IMG/VR virus record: IMGVR_UViG_3300048579_000445
Location: 1-49,982 of that record
Reading direction: 5' to 3' (one strand)
DNA: 49,982 nucleotides
Origin: a virus
Lineage: Duplodnaviria > Caudoviricetes
The notes under the pieces were generated by a model. It did no database searches. It had not been told where the DNA came from and saw only the letters and a program-made list of their open reading frames with translations. This document shows positions 1 through 9,459 of this stretch, piece by piece (position 1 is the stretch's first letter; every line of letters starts with the position of its first letter). The position numbers were made by a program, and so were the translations under genes.

Positions 1-3
1 GGC

Positions 4-591
4 ATGAGCGAGCGCCAGTACGCCGCCCATGTCGGGCTGTCGCGGGGCGCGATCCAGAAGGCGAAGACGGCCGAGCGGCTGGTCCTCTATCCCGACGGCA
101 GCATCAACGCGGCCGCCAGCGACGCCCGGCGTGCCGAGACGACCGACCCGTCGAAGACCCGCAAGCCGCCCGCTCCGAAGCTCAAGCCGGTGCCCGAGGC
201 GGCGGTCGCCGCTGTCGGCGACACCTTGCGCGAACAGGGTCTGGCGGTGCCGGCGGTCGGCGGCGGCACGACCTTCCTGCAGGCGAAGACGGCGAACGAG
301 GTGCTGAAGGCGCAGGAGCGACGCATCCGGCTGCAAAAGCTGAAGGGGGAGTTGATCGAGCGGGCCCGCGCGCTGGCGCTGGTGTTCCGGCTGGCGCGGG
401 AGGAACGGGACGCATGGGTGACCTGGCCTGCGCGCGCGGCGGCGCTGATGGCGGCCGAGCTTTCTGCCTCGTGCAGCGACGCAACGGGCCAGCAAATCAC
501 AGTGGAGCCAGCCGCGATGCAGAAGGTCCTGGAGAAACATGTACGCGCCCACCTCGACGAACTCGCCGAGGTCCGGCCCGACTTCCGATGA
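4..591 (+). CDS. terS: Terminase small subunit (Nu1-like, N-terminal HTH); may start a few codons before the window
   Basis: N-terminal HTH-like SERQYAAHVGLSRGAIQKA, coiled-coil KAQERRIRLQKLKGELI, immediately upstream of terL. Confidence 0.8.
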   Translation: MSERQYAAHVGLSRGAIQKAKTAERLVLYPDGSINAAASDARRAETTDPSKTRKPPAPKLKPVPEAAVAAVGDTLREQGLAVPAVGGGTTFLQAKTANEVLKAQERRIRLQKLKGELIERARALALVFRLAREERDAWVTWPARAAALMAAELSASCSDATGQQITVEPAAMQKVLEKHVRAHLDELAEVRPDFR

Positions 592-2545
592 GAGTGGCGA
601 TGGCCTGACGGACTTCGACGGCGCGGGAGAGATCCTGCGCGCCTGGGGCAACGGGCTGCGGCCCGACCCGGACCTGACCGTCTCGGAATGGGCGGACCGG
701 CACCGGATGCTGTCGGGCCGCGCCTCGGCCGAACCGGGGCGGTATCGCACTCTGCGCACGCCCTACATGCGCGAGATCATGGACCGGCTGTCGCCGGGCG
801 ATCCCACACAGCGGATCGTGTTCATGAAGGCCGCGCAGGTCGGCGCGACCGAGGCCGGCAACAACTGGATCGGCTTTGCCATCCACCAGGCGCCGGGGCC
901 GATGCTCGCGGTCCAGCCGACGGTGGAACTGGCAAAGCGCAACTCGCGGCAGCGGATCGACCCGCTGATCGACGAGAGCCCGGAACTGCGGGAGCGGGTC
1001 AAACCGGCGCGGTCGCGAGATGCGGGCAACACGATGCTGTCCAAGGAATTCGCGGGCGGCATCCTGATCATGACAGGGGCGAACTCGGCGGTCGGGCTGC
1101 GCTCCACCCCCGCGCGCTACATCTTCCTCGACGAGGTCGACGCCTATCCGGCGTCCGCCGACGAGGAAGGCGATCCGGTCACGCTGGCGGAAGCCCGGTC
1201 GCTGACCTTCGCCCACCGGCGCAAGGTGCTGCTGGTCTCGACGCCGACGATCCGGGGGCTATCGCGCATCGAGCGCGAGTACGAGGCGAGCGATCAGCGG
1301 CGGTACTTCGTGCCGTGCCCGCATTGCGGGGCGATGCAGTGGCTGAAGTTCGACCGGCTGCGCTGGCAGAAGGGCCGCCCGGAGACGGCGGAATATCAAT
1401 GCGAGGGCTGCGAGCAGCCCATCGCGGAGCATCACAAGACGGCCATGCTGGAGGGCGGCGAATGGCGGGCGACCGCCACCGCCGCCGATCCGAGCACGGT
1501 CGGGTATCACCTCTCGGCGCTCTATTCGCCGATCGGCTGGCTGAGCTGGGAGCGGATCGTGCGGGGATGGGACGCGGCCCAGGGGTCGGACGAGGCGATC
1601 AAGGCGTTCCGCAACACGATCCTCGGCGAGACATGGGTCGAGACCGGCGAAGCCCCCGACTGGCAGCGGCTCTACGACCGGCGCGAGCGATGGACATCCG
1701 GCACCGTACCTGCGGGCGGGCTGTTCCTGACCGCCGGGGCCGACGTCCAGAAGGACCGGATCGAGGTCGATGTCTGGGCCTGGGGTCGCGGGCTGGAAAG
1801 CTGGCTCGTCGATCACGTCGTTATCGAGGGCGGCCCCGACCGGCACGACGCGTGGTCGGAGCTGACCGTGCTGCTGGATCGAAGCTGGCCCCACGAATGC
1901 GGCGCGCATCTCAGGATCGCGCGGCTCGCCATCGACACCGGCTACGAGGCTCCGGCGGTCTATTCCTGGTCACGGGCGCAAGGTTTCGCGCAGGTGTCGC
2001 CGGTGAAGGGCGCCGAGGGGTTCAACCGCTCGAGCCCGGTGTCGGGGCCGACGTTTGTCGATGCGACCGAGGGAGGCAAACGCCTCCGGCGCGGGGCACG
2101 GCTCTGGACGGTGGCGGTCTCGACCTTCAAGGCCGAGACCTACCGCTTTCTGCGGCTGGCGCGCCCCACCTCAGAGGAACGCGCCGAGGGCGCGACATAC
2201 CCGCCCGGCTCGGTGCACCTGCCGCATTGGGTCGAGACCGAGTGGCTGAAGCAGTTCGTGGCCGAACAACTGGTGACGGTGCGCACCAAGCGCGGCTTCG
2301 CCCGGCTGGAATGGCAGAAGCTGCGTGAGCGCAACGAGGCGCTGGATTGCCGGGTCTACGCCCGCGCCGCCGCGTGGATCGCGGGCGCGGATCGCTGGCC
2401 CGACGAGAAATGGCGTGACCTCGAGGATCAGCTCGGGGCGACGCCCACCGACACCGATCCCGCCGGGCAGATCAACCGGCCTGGACAGGCCCCGCAGGGC
2501 AAGCGCCGCTCCGACTGGCTCGGACGGCGCGGAGGATGGTTCTGA
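539..2545 (+). CDS. terL: Terminase large subunit, lambda GpA family (start codon uncertain)
   Basis: Walker A KAAQVGAT, Walker B IFLDEVD, STPT motif, CPHC...CEGC Zn motif, nuclease GADVQ and NEALDC. Confidence 0.95.
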   Translation: MYAPTSTNSPRSGPTSDESGDGLTDFDGAGEILRAWGNGLRPDPDLTVSEWADRHRMLSGRASAEPGRYRTLRTPYMREIMDRLSPGDPTQRIVFMKAAQVGATEAGNNWIGFAIHQAPGPMLAVQPTVELAKRNSRQRIDPLIDESPELRERVKPARSRDAGNTMLSKEFAGGILIMTGANSAVGLRSTPARYIFLDEVDAYPASADEEGDPVTLAEARSLTFAHRRKVLLVSTPTIRGLSRIEREYEASDQRRYFVPCPHCGAMQWLKFDRLRWQKGRPETAEYQCEGCEQPIAEHHKTAMLEGGEWRATATAADPSTVGYHLSALYSPIGWLSWERIVRGWDAAQGSDEAIKAFRNTILGETWVETGEAPDWQRLYDRRERWTSGTVPAGGLFLTAGADVQKDRIEVDVWAWGRGLESWLVDHVVIEGGPDRHDAWSELTVLLDRSWPHECGAHLRIARLAIDTGYEAPAVYSWSRAQGFAQVSPVKGAEGFNRSSPVSGPTFVDATEGGKRLRRGARLWTVAVSTFKAETYRFLRLARPTSEERAEGATYPPGSVHLPHWVETEWLKQFVAEQLVTVRTKRGFARLEWQKLRERNEALDCRVYARAAAWIAGADRWPDEKWRDLEDQLGATPTDTDPAGQINRPGQAPQGKRRSDWLGRRGGWF

Positions 2546-2547
2546 AG

Positions 2548-2757
2548 ATGACCGACTGGACGGAAACCGAGCTCTCGGCGCTGCGCCGGGCCTATGCCAG
2601 CGGCACGACGCGCGTCAGCTATGACGGCAAGTCCGTCGACTACGGTTCGGCCGAGGATCTGCTGGCGCGCATCCGCACCATCGAGCGCGCCATCGCCGGG
2701 GCCACACGGCCGCTGCCGGTGGCCGGGCTGGCTGGCTTCTCGCGCGGGGATCGCTGA
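2548..2757 (+). CDS. gpW-like head-tail joining protein
   Basis: 69 aa between terL and portal; AYASGTTRVSYDGKSVDY pattern typical of gpW-like proteins. Confidence 0.8.
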   Translation: MTDWTETELSALRRAYASGTTRVSYDGKSVDYGSAEDLLARIRTIERAIAGATRPLPVAGLAGFSRGDR

Positions 2758-4301
2758 TGTCCGCGAACTGGTTCGATCACGCCATCGCCACGGTGGCCCC
2801 GCGCATGGCGGCCCGGCGCGTGATGGCGCGTCAGGCTTTCGAGACGCTGACGCGGGGCTATGACGGCGCCGCGCACGGGCGGCGCACAGAGGGCTGGCGC
2901 GCGCCGGGATCCTCGGCCGACACCGAGATCGGCGTGGCCGGGGCGCTGTTGCGCGACCGGATGCGCGATCTGGTGCGCAACAACCCGCATGCGGCCAAGG
3001 CCGTGGCGGTGCTGGTCAACAACATCATCGGCGCTGGCATCATGCCGCGCGCCGCCAGCGGTGACGACACGCTGGACCGCAAGGTCGACGCCTTGTTCGA
3101 ACGCTGGACGGCGGATTGCGATGCCGATGGCCAACTCGACTTCTACGGGCTCCAGACCCTGATCTGCCGCGAGATGGTCGAGGCGGGCGAGGTGCTGGTG
3201 CGCCGCCGCCTGCGGCGCGCGAGCGACGGATTGCCGGTGCCGCTGCAACTGCAGGTGCTGGAGGCTGACTTCCTCGATGCCACGAAATCCGGCGCCCTCG
3301 GAGCAGGCCGCCTCGTGCAGGGGATCGAGTTCGACCCGCTCGGCAGGCGGCGAGCCTATTGGCTCCATGCCGAGCATCCAGGCGACGCCTATGGCGCCTT
3401 GCAGAACGGTCTGCAGAGCCGCCCGGTCCCGACGACCGAGATCGCCCATGTCTACGAGAAGCAGCGCACACAGGCCCGCGGCGTCCCCTGGGGCGCGCCG
3501 GTGATCCGCAGCTTGCGCGATCTCGACGATTACGAAATCGCGGAACTGGTCCGCAAGAAGACCGAGGCCTGCGTCACCGCCATCGTCTTCGGCGACGACG
3601 AGGCGCAACAGGGCATCGCGCCCGCCGTGGTCGATGCCGACGGAAACAGGGTCGAGCAGTTCGAGCCGGGACTGATCGCCTATGCGCGCGGCGGCAAGGA
3701 CATCCGGTTCAACCAGCCGTCGGCCAACGGCGGCTACGGCGAATACAAGCGGGCCAGCCTGCACACGATCTCGGCGGGGTTCCGGGTGCCCTATGAATTG
3801 CTGACCGGCGATCTCAGCCAGGTCAACTATTCTTCGATCCGGGCGGGGCTCGTGGAGTTCCGCCGCCAGATCGACGCCGTCCAATGGCAGCTCTTCATTC
3901 CGATGTTCTGCGCGCCGGTCTGGCGCTGGTTCACGGAAGCCGCATGGGCGGCGGGTCAGATCCCGTCGCCGACCGTGCCTGTCGAATGGTCGCCGCCGAA
4001 GTTCGAGGCCGTCGATCCGCAGAAGGACGCGATGGCGAACCTGCTGTCGATCCGCTCCGGCACCATGACGCTGGCCGAGGTGATCGCCCGACAGGGCCGG
4101 AACCCTGACGCGGTGCTGGCCGAGATCGCCGCAACCAACGCCAAGCTCGACGCGCTCGGGCTGGTCCTCGACAGCGATCCGCGCCGCGTCACCAAGACCG
4201 GCAGCGCGCAGAGCAACGATCCGGCAACCGATCCGGCCGCCCACGACCCCTCCGCCGAAGCGGATGAAACCGATCCGGCGCAGGCCGACCAACAGGACTG
4301 A
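2757..4301 (+). CDS. Phage portal protein, lambda family
   Basis: RMRDLVRNNPHA, QARGVPW, TGDLSQVNYSSIRAG, VDPQKD motifs; position after gpW. Confidence 0.95.
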   Translation: MSANWFDHAIATVAPRMAARRVMARQAFETLTRGYDGAAHGRRTEGWRAPGSSADTEIGVAGALLRDRMRDLVRNNPHAAKAVAVLVNNIIGAGIMPRAASGDDTLDRKVDALFERWTADCDADGQLDFYGLQTLICREMVEAGEVLVRRRLRRASDGLPVPLQLQVLEADFLDATKSGALGAGRLVQGIEFDPLGRRRAYWLHAEHPGDAYGALQNGLQSRPVPTTEIAHVYEKQRTQARGVPWGAPVIRSLRDLDDYEIAELVRKKTEACVTAIVFGDDEAQQGIAPAVVDADGNRVEQFEPGLIAYARGGKDIRFNQPSANGGYGEYKRASLHTISAGFRVPYELLTGDLSQVNYSSIRAGLVEFRRQIDAVQWQLFIPMFCAPVWRWFTEAAWAAGQIPSPTVPVEWSPPKFEAVDPQKDAMANLLSIRSGTMTLAEVIARQGRNPDAVLAEIAATNAKLDALGLVLDSDPRRVTKTGSAQSNDPATDPAAHDPSAEADETDPAQADQQD

Positions 4302-4305
4302 CCCC

Positions 4306-6363
4306 ATGGACACGATGATCGAACTGCCGGCCATGCGCCGGTCGGCGGAGCTTGCGCCGAACACCGCCGATGCCGACAGCCGTACCGTCGAGGTGGTCTG
4401 GTCGGCAGGCGCAAGGGTCCGCCGCGCCACCTTCTTCGGCGAGCCATACGACGAGGAGCTAAGCCTCGACCCCGCCCATGTCCGGCTCGACCGGCTGAAC
4501 GCGGGCGCGCCGTTCCTGAAGGTGCACGAACTCGACACGCTCGACGCGGTGATCGGCTCTGTCGTGCCGGGCTCGGCCCGGATCGAGAACGGCCGCGGCA
4601 TCGCGCTGGTCCGGATCAGCGAGCGTGCCGATGTCGAGCCGATCTGGCGCGACATCCAGGCCGGGCACATCCGCGCGGTCTCCATCGGCTACCAGGTCCA
4701 CCGCTTCGAGGTCTCGAAACCCGAGGCCGCCCGCGAACTCTGGCGAGCGGTGGACTGGACGCCGTTCGAGGTCTCCGCCGTCGCGGTCGGCGCGGACCCG
4801 GCAGCGGGCTTCCGCGCCCAGCATCCCCTTCACGACTGCGTCCTCCACCGCCGGGACGCCCCTTCAATCACGAAAGGACCGATCCCGATGACGGACAAGA
4901 CCGAAACCCCGGCGAGCGACGCCGCAACCCCCGCCACCACCCAGCCGACCGAGCCGGTCGAAACCGAGGACACCGCCATGACCGAGCCGAAAGCGGCTGC
5001 GCCCGCCCCGAAGGTCGCCGCCAGCGAAACCCGCGCGCAGCCGAAGACGCAGGCAACTACCGCCGCTGACACCGAGGCTGTCGCGACCCGCGCCCGCGAG
5101 GCCGAGCGCGATCGCGTCTCCACCATCTACGATCTGGCGGGTCGCCTGAACCTCGAGCGCGGCTTCGCCGAGGATCTGGTGAAACGCGGCGTCAGCGTCG
5201 ACGAGTCCCGCCGCCTGATCCTCGATCAGGTCGCGGCGAAGTCGGACGAGACCCGGACATTCCCGCATGTCTCCGTCCCTCTCGGCGGCCGCGACGAGCG
5301 CATCACCCGCCGCGACGCTGTGGCGAATGCGCTCCTGCACCGCTACAGCCCGACGCTGTTCCCGCTGGAGGACGCCGCACGGCAGTATCGCGGCATGACG
5401 CTGCTGGAACTGGCCCGCGAAAGCCTCGGCAATGCGGGGGTCAACACGCGCGGCCTCTCGCGTGACGAGGTGGCGACGCGCGCGCTGCACTCGACCTCGG
5501 ACTTCCCCGAGATTTTGTCGGCGGTCACCAACAAGACGCTCCGCCAAGCCTATGACGCCTATCCCCGCACCTTCGCGCTCTTCTGCCGTCAGGTGCTGGC
5601 GACGGACTTCAAGTCCATGCACCGGGTCCAGCTCGGCGAAGCGCCGCAACTGCTGGAAGTTGGCGAAAGCGGCGAGTTCAAGCGCGGGACGCTGGGCGAA
5701 AGCAAGGAGAGCTACAAGGTCAAGACCTATGGGCGCGTGGTCGCGATCACCCGGCAGGTGCTGATCAACGACGATCTCGACGCCTTCACCCGGATCCCGG
5801 CGATGTACGGCAACTCGATCGCCCAGCTGGAAAGCGACGTCGTCTGGGGCATCATCACCGCGAACCCGGCGATGGCCGACGGCACGGCGCTGTTCCACGC
5901 CACCCACAAGAACCTCGCGGGCACCGGCGCAGCGCTGGCCGTCGATGCGGTAGGCGCGGCCCGGGCGGCGATGGCGCTGCAGACCGGGCTCGACAAGAAG
6001 ACGGTGCTGAACGTCCGCCCCGCCTTCCTGATCGTGCCCGCCGCGCTGGAACTGAAAGCCGAGCAGTTGGTGGCCCAGAACCTCGTGCCCGCCGACAGCG
6101 CCAAGGTGGTGCCGCAGTCGATCCGGACCCTCTCGCCGATCAGCGAACCGCGCCTCGATGCGGCCAGCGCGACCTCCTGGTATCTGGCGGCCTCGCCCAA
6201 CCAGATCGACACCATCGAATACGCCTATCTCGAGGGCCAGCAAGGCGCCTACATCGAGACCCGCAACGGCTTCGATGTCGACGGGGTCGAGATCAAGTGC
6301 CGCCTCGACTTCGGCGCCAAGGCCATCGACTGGCGCGGCCTCTACAAGAACCCGGGCGCGTAA
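4306..6363 (+). CDS. Prohead protease - scaffold - major capsid protein fusion
   Basis: N-terminal HK97-type protease motifs (FLKVH, VSIGY, EVSAVAVGADP), Ala/Thr/Pro linker, then capsid domain (HSTSDFP, TYGRVVAITRQVLINDDL, RLDFGAKAIDWRG). Confidence 0.92.
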   Translation: MDTMIELPAMRRSAELAPNTADADSRTVEVVWSAGARVRRATFFGEPYDEELSLDPAHVRLDRLNAGAPFLKVHELDTLDAVIGSVVPGSARIENGRGIALVRISERADVEPIWRDIQAGHIRAVSIGYQVHRFEVSKPEAARELWRAVDWTPFEVSAVAVGADPAAGFRAQHPLHDCVLHRRDAPSITKGPIPMTDKTETPASDAATPATTQPTEPVETEDTAMTEPKAAAPAPKVAASETRAQPKTQATTAADTEAVATRAREAERDRVSTIYDLAGRLNLERGFAEDLVKRGVSVDESRRLILDQVAAKSDETRTFPHVSVPLGGRDERITRRDAVANALLHRYSPTLFPLEDAARQYRGMTLLELARESLGNAGVNTRGLSRDEVATRALHSTSDFPEILSAVTNKTLRQAYDAYPRTFALFCRQVLATDFKSMHRVQLGEAPQLLEVGESGEFKRGTLGESKESYKVKTYGRVVAITRQVLINDDLDAFTRIPAMYGNSIAQLESDVVWGIITANPAMADGTALFHATHKNLAGTGAALAVDAVGAARAAMALQTGLDKKTVLNVRPAFLIVPAALELKAEQLVAQNLVPADSAKVVPQSIRTLSPISEPRLDAASATSWYLAASPNQIDTIEYAYLEGQQGAYIETRNGFDVDGVEIKCRLDFGAKAIDWRGLYKNPGA

Positions 6364-6389
6364 GGCCCACATCCTGAACCCTGACATTC

Positions 6390-6420
6390 GGGCGGTCCAA
6401 TCGGGCCGCCCTTCGTCTTT
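6390..6420 (+). terminator. Intrinsic terminator/attenuator hairpin after the capsid gene
   Basis: Stem GGGCGGTCC (6390-6398), loop AATC, stem GGGCCGCCC (6403-6411), followed by TTCGTCTTT. Confidence 0.6.
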
Positions 6421-6437
6421 CCACGAGGATCCTCCCC

Positions 6438-6773
6438 ATGAAAAACTTCGTCCAGCCCGGCAACACCATCACCCTGACCGCGCCCTATGCCGTCGCCTCT
6501 GGCGATGGCCTGCTCGTCGGCTCCATCTTCGGCATCGCTGCAGTCGCGGCCGCTCTCGGCGAGCCTGTCGAGACCGCGCTCGTCGGCGTCTTCGACATCA
6601 CCAAGGCCGGCTCTCAGGCCTGGACGGTCGGCGCCAAGGTCTATTGGGACGACACCAACAAGCGCTGCACGACCGTCGCGACCGACAACACCCTCATCGG
6701 CGTGGCCGTCGAGGCGGTGGCCAGCGGCGCGGGTGATACCATCGGCCGAGTGCGGCTGAACGCGACGTTCTGA
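6438..6773 (+). CDS. DUF2190-like capsid decoration/cement protein
   Basis: MKNFVQPGNTITLTAP start, 111 aa, directly after the major capsid gene, GAGGA RBS. Confidence 0.85.
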   Translation: MKNFVQPGNTITLTAPYAVASGDGLLVGSIFGIAAVAAALGEPVETALVGVFDITKAGSQAWTVGAKVYWDDTNKRCTTVATDNTLIGVAVEAVASGAGDTIGRVRLNATF

Positions 6774-7084
6774 TGAGCGCCTTCGCCGCCGCCGTGGGCG
6801 CGCTCTTCGCTGATCCGAACATCGGCCGGGACGCGGTCTACATCGCCGACGGCGGTGCGCCGGTCCTCGTTCGCATCGTCGCCCGACGTGCCGATGCGGT
6901 CACCGACTTCGGCGATGCCCGGCTCTGGTCCGAGACCACGCGGATCGACCTGCGTGTCGCCGAAGTTCTAGCCCCGCGCCCGGGCGACCGCATTGAGATC
7001 GACGGCGAGGCCTTCCTCATTCAGGGCGAGCCGGTCCGCGACCGCGAACGGCTCGTCTGGACCGTCGATCTGAGGCCCGCGTGA
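6773..7084 (+). CDS. Head-tail joining protein (gpFII-like)
   Basis: 103 aa beta-rich, PRPGDRIEIDGEAFLI motif, position in the connector module. Confidence 0.7.
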   Translation: MSAFAAAVGALFADPNIGRDAVYIADGGAPVLVRIVARRADAVTDFGDARLWSETTRIDLRVAEVLAPRPGDRIEIDGEAFLIQGEPVRDRERLVWTVDLRPA

Positions 7085-7725
7085 AACTGAAGCTCGACAT
7101 CGATCCCGACATCGTCGCGATGATGGCGGCCGAGGTCGCGGCGGGCGAACGCGCCGTGACGGCCGCCATGCGCGAGGCAGGGACCGGGCTGAAGTCGGCC
7201 TGGCGGTTGCAGATCACCGGCGCCGGGCTCGGTACACGGCTCGCCAATTCGATCCGGAGCCAGAACTTCCCGAGGTCAGGCGAGAGCCTCGACGCCGCAG
7301 CACTGGTCTGGTCGAAGGCTCCCGTGATCGTCGGCGCGCATGACACGGGCCCGCTGATCCGCTCGAAGAACGGGTTCTGGCTGGCGATTCCGCTGCCCGC
7401 CGCAGGCAAGTCCCTGCGCGGCGGCAGGATCACGCCCGGCGAATGGGAACAGCGACGCGGGCTGCGTCTGCGCTTCGTCTATCGTCGCACCGGCCCGAGC
7501 CTGCTGGTGGCGGAGGGACGGCTGAACACGAAGGGACAGGCGGTGGTGTCGCGCTCCAAGAGCGGGCGCGGAAAGGTCACCGCGCCGATCTTCCTGCTGG
7601 TGCCGCAGGTCAAGCTGCCGAAGCGGCTGGACCTCGCGCGGGATGCAGACCGGGCGTTGGACGGTGTGCCGGGGCTGATCGTGGCGAACTGGGTGGAGAG
7701 TAAGGTCGGCCACGGTGGTCGGTGA
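7081..7725 (+). CDS. Neck/tail-completion protein (DUF6441-like)
   Basis: Basic 214-aa protein, GTGA overlap with the previous gene, connector-module position. Confidence 0.65.
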   Translation: MKLKLDIDPDIVAMMAAEVAAGERAVTAAMREAGTGLKSAWRLQITGAGLGTRLANSIRSQNFPRSGESLDAAALVWSKAPVIVGAHDTGPLIRSKNGFWLAIPLPAAGKSLRGGRITPGEWEQRRGLRLRFVYRRTGPSLLVAEGRLNTKGQAVVSRSKSGRGKVTAPIFLLVPQVKLPKRLDLARDADRALDGVPGLIVANWVESKVGHGGR

Positions 7726-7853
7726 TCGCGGTTGTGTCGGTTCGACGTGCGTCCCAATGACCTGCTTGCGCTTTGACACCATTCGGTGAAAAGTCAGTTT
7801 GGCGGCAGGTTCTTGGGCGACACCATGCTGTCCAGCTTGCGTTCTAAAGAAAT

Positions 7854-7868
7854 GTTCTATATTTGTTC
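7854..7868 (+). promoter_or_regulatory. Alphaproteobacterial LexA (SOS) box overlapping the putative promoter of the dprA-PRTase pair
   Basis: GTTC-TATATTT-GTTC is an exact GTTC-N7-GTTC. TTGCGT lies at 7837-7842 and TATATT is inside the box; 42 nt separate the box from ATG 7911. Confidence 0.7.
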
Positions 7869-7910
7869 TGCATCATTCACTGGATGCATAGCGCGGAAAG
7901 GAGGGGGATA

Positions 7911-8819
7911 ATGCAGCTTGAGTTACAGGCCGACGACTTTTCCGATCGCGCCGTTTCGCCGTTCCACGAACTGGGTGCTTACGAAGCACTCTGGGAGGAA
8001 CAGAAGGCGAGTTTCAAGTCTATCGCAGACATGTTCGCCAAGCGCGAAGGATCTTTGCCGTCTGATTTCGTGGAGCGGTCCCGCGCCGTCAGCAACGCCA
8101 ACGATGTTCATGCCATGTTGCGAGACGCCGGCGTAGAGCACTATGGTGTTCGCATCCATGGCGCTGGCGACTACCCTGAGCGCCTTCGTGTCGCGGACCA
8201 CCCGATTGAGCTCCTGTATTTCCAGGGTTGGTGGGACCTCGTCAACTCGCCGCGGGCAGTTGCCGTGGTCGGTACGCGCAAGCCCACCGACGAAGGGCTT
8301 GCGAGAACGCGCAGGCTGGTGAAGTCCCTCCTGGCCGACGACTTCACTATCGTGTCGGGTCTTGCCGCAGGGGTCGACACCGCTGCCCACACGACGGCAA
8401 TCGAGAATGGCGGACGGACAATCGCCGTGCTTGGGACCCCGCTGTTGAAAGCATACCCGGCGGCCAATGCGCGGCTGCAACGCGAGATTGCCCGCAACCA
8501 CCTACTGATCAGTCAGGTGCCGGTGAAGCGCTACAGCGCACAGAAGAACCCGGTTGCGAACAACTTCTTCTTCCCGGAGCGGAACATCACGATGTCCGCG
8601 CTGACGCAGGCCACGATCATCGTCGAGGCCGGGGAGACCTCGGGGACCCTGATCCAGGCTCGACACGCGCTTAAACAGGGGCGGAAGGTCTTCATCCTCG
8701 AGAGCAATTTCCGCAAGCCGGGGCTGAAGTGGCCCCACACATTAGAAGAACGCGGCGCGATCAGAGTGGCCGACTATGACGACATCCGCAGGCACCTCCT
8801 TTCCGTCGCGCTTCACTAG
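7911..8819 (+). CDS. dprA: DprA/Smf-family protein (ShosA-like antitoxin/sensor)
   Basis: VAVVGTRK, IVSGLAAGVDTAAH, FPERNITMSALT, VEAGETSGTL motifs; strong RBS AAGGAGG before ATG 7911. Confidence 0.9.
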   Translation: MQLELQADDFSDRAVSPFHELGAYEALWEEQKASFKSIADMFAKREGSLPSDFVERSRAVSNANDVHAMLRDAGVEHYGVRIHGAGDYPERLRVADHPIELLYFQGWWDLVNSPRAVAVVGTRKPTDEGLARTRRLVKSLLADDFTIVSGLAAGVDTAAHTTAIENGGRTIAVLGTPLLKAYPAANARLQREIARNHLLISQVPVKRYSAQKNPVANNFFFPERNITMSALTQATIIVEAGETSGTLIQARHALKQGRKVFILESNFRKPGLKWPHTLEERGAIRVADYDDIRRHLLSVALH

Positions 8820-9459
8820 GATCGACGATCTTACCCGTGGCGACCACAACCACCTCCTGCCGGAGGATGAATGCCTGTTCTTCGGCGACTACACGGCGCG
8901 GAAGGGATGGGCGCACAGCGCCACCAACCAGTTGATACTGAATTTCAAGATCCCGGTGAATTGGCGGGGGACGAACCGGTGGCCGCACAAGCAGCACGCG
9001 ATCCGGACAGTGGCAGATCTGTTCTCGGCCCGAATTGGCCCACGGTTCGCGGAACTGACCCTTGTCCCGGTACCGCCGTCGAAACTAAAGACTGACCCGG
9101 AATACGATGACCGAATGATGGACATGCTGAGGGCGCTGAAGCCGCCCGCAGGCCTTTCGGCTGATGTCAGAGAGCTCGTTACTCAGACCGAACCAATTGG
9201 TGCTGCGCATGAAAGCTCCAGTCGTCCGCCGCCCGAAGCATGGGAAAGCGTGTACGAAATTGATGAGGCGTTGACCGGGCAATCGCCAAGATGGATCGGC
9301 ATCGTCGATGACCTGCTTGTGACAGGCTGCCGGTTTCGGGCCATGTCAAACGTCCTGAGCCGACGTTTTCCGGAGGCAAGGATTACTGGACTCTTCATCG
9401 CGCGGCGTGTGCCGGAAGCCATAGATTTCTCTGACTTTTCCGACCAGATCGACGACTGA
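8776..9459 (+). CDS. Phosphoribosyltransferase-fold protein (ShosT-like toxin)
   Basis: LVPVPPSK and PRPP-binding loop IGIVDDLLVTGCRF; overlaps dprA by 44 nt. Confidence 0.8.
   Translation: MTTSAGTSFPSRFTRIDDLTRGDHNHLLPEDECLFFGDYTARKGWAHSATNQLILNFKIPVNWRGTNRWPHKQHAIRTVADLFSARIGPRFAELTLVPVPPSKLKTDPEYDDRMMDMLRALKPPAGLSADVRELVTQTEPIGAAHESSSRPPPEAWESVYEIDEALTGQSPRWIGIVDDLLVTGCRFRAMSNVLSRRFPEARITGLFIARRVPEAIDFSDFSDQIDD

Noticed and set aside
4215-4285. Short GATCCGGC repeats at the end of the portal gene
   Set aside because: They encode a low-complexity DPA-rich acidic tail; explained by protein sequence
2640-6387. Long minus-strand ORFs (681 aa, 507 aa) opposite portal and capsid genes, and similar ones opposite tape measure, fibre, hsdR and Rep (e.g. 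46112-49228, 1038 aa)
   Set aside because: Antisense shadows expected from high-GC codon bias; no recognisable motifs, and they fully overlap well-supported genes
7739-7748. GGTTCGACGT shared with 34160-34169 as a possible second att site
   Set aside because: Only 10 bp, with no flanking similarity and no tRNA-like core; compatible with chance
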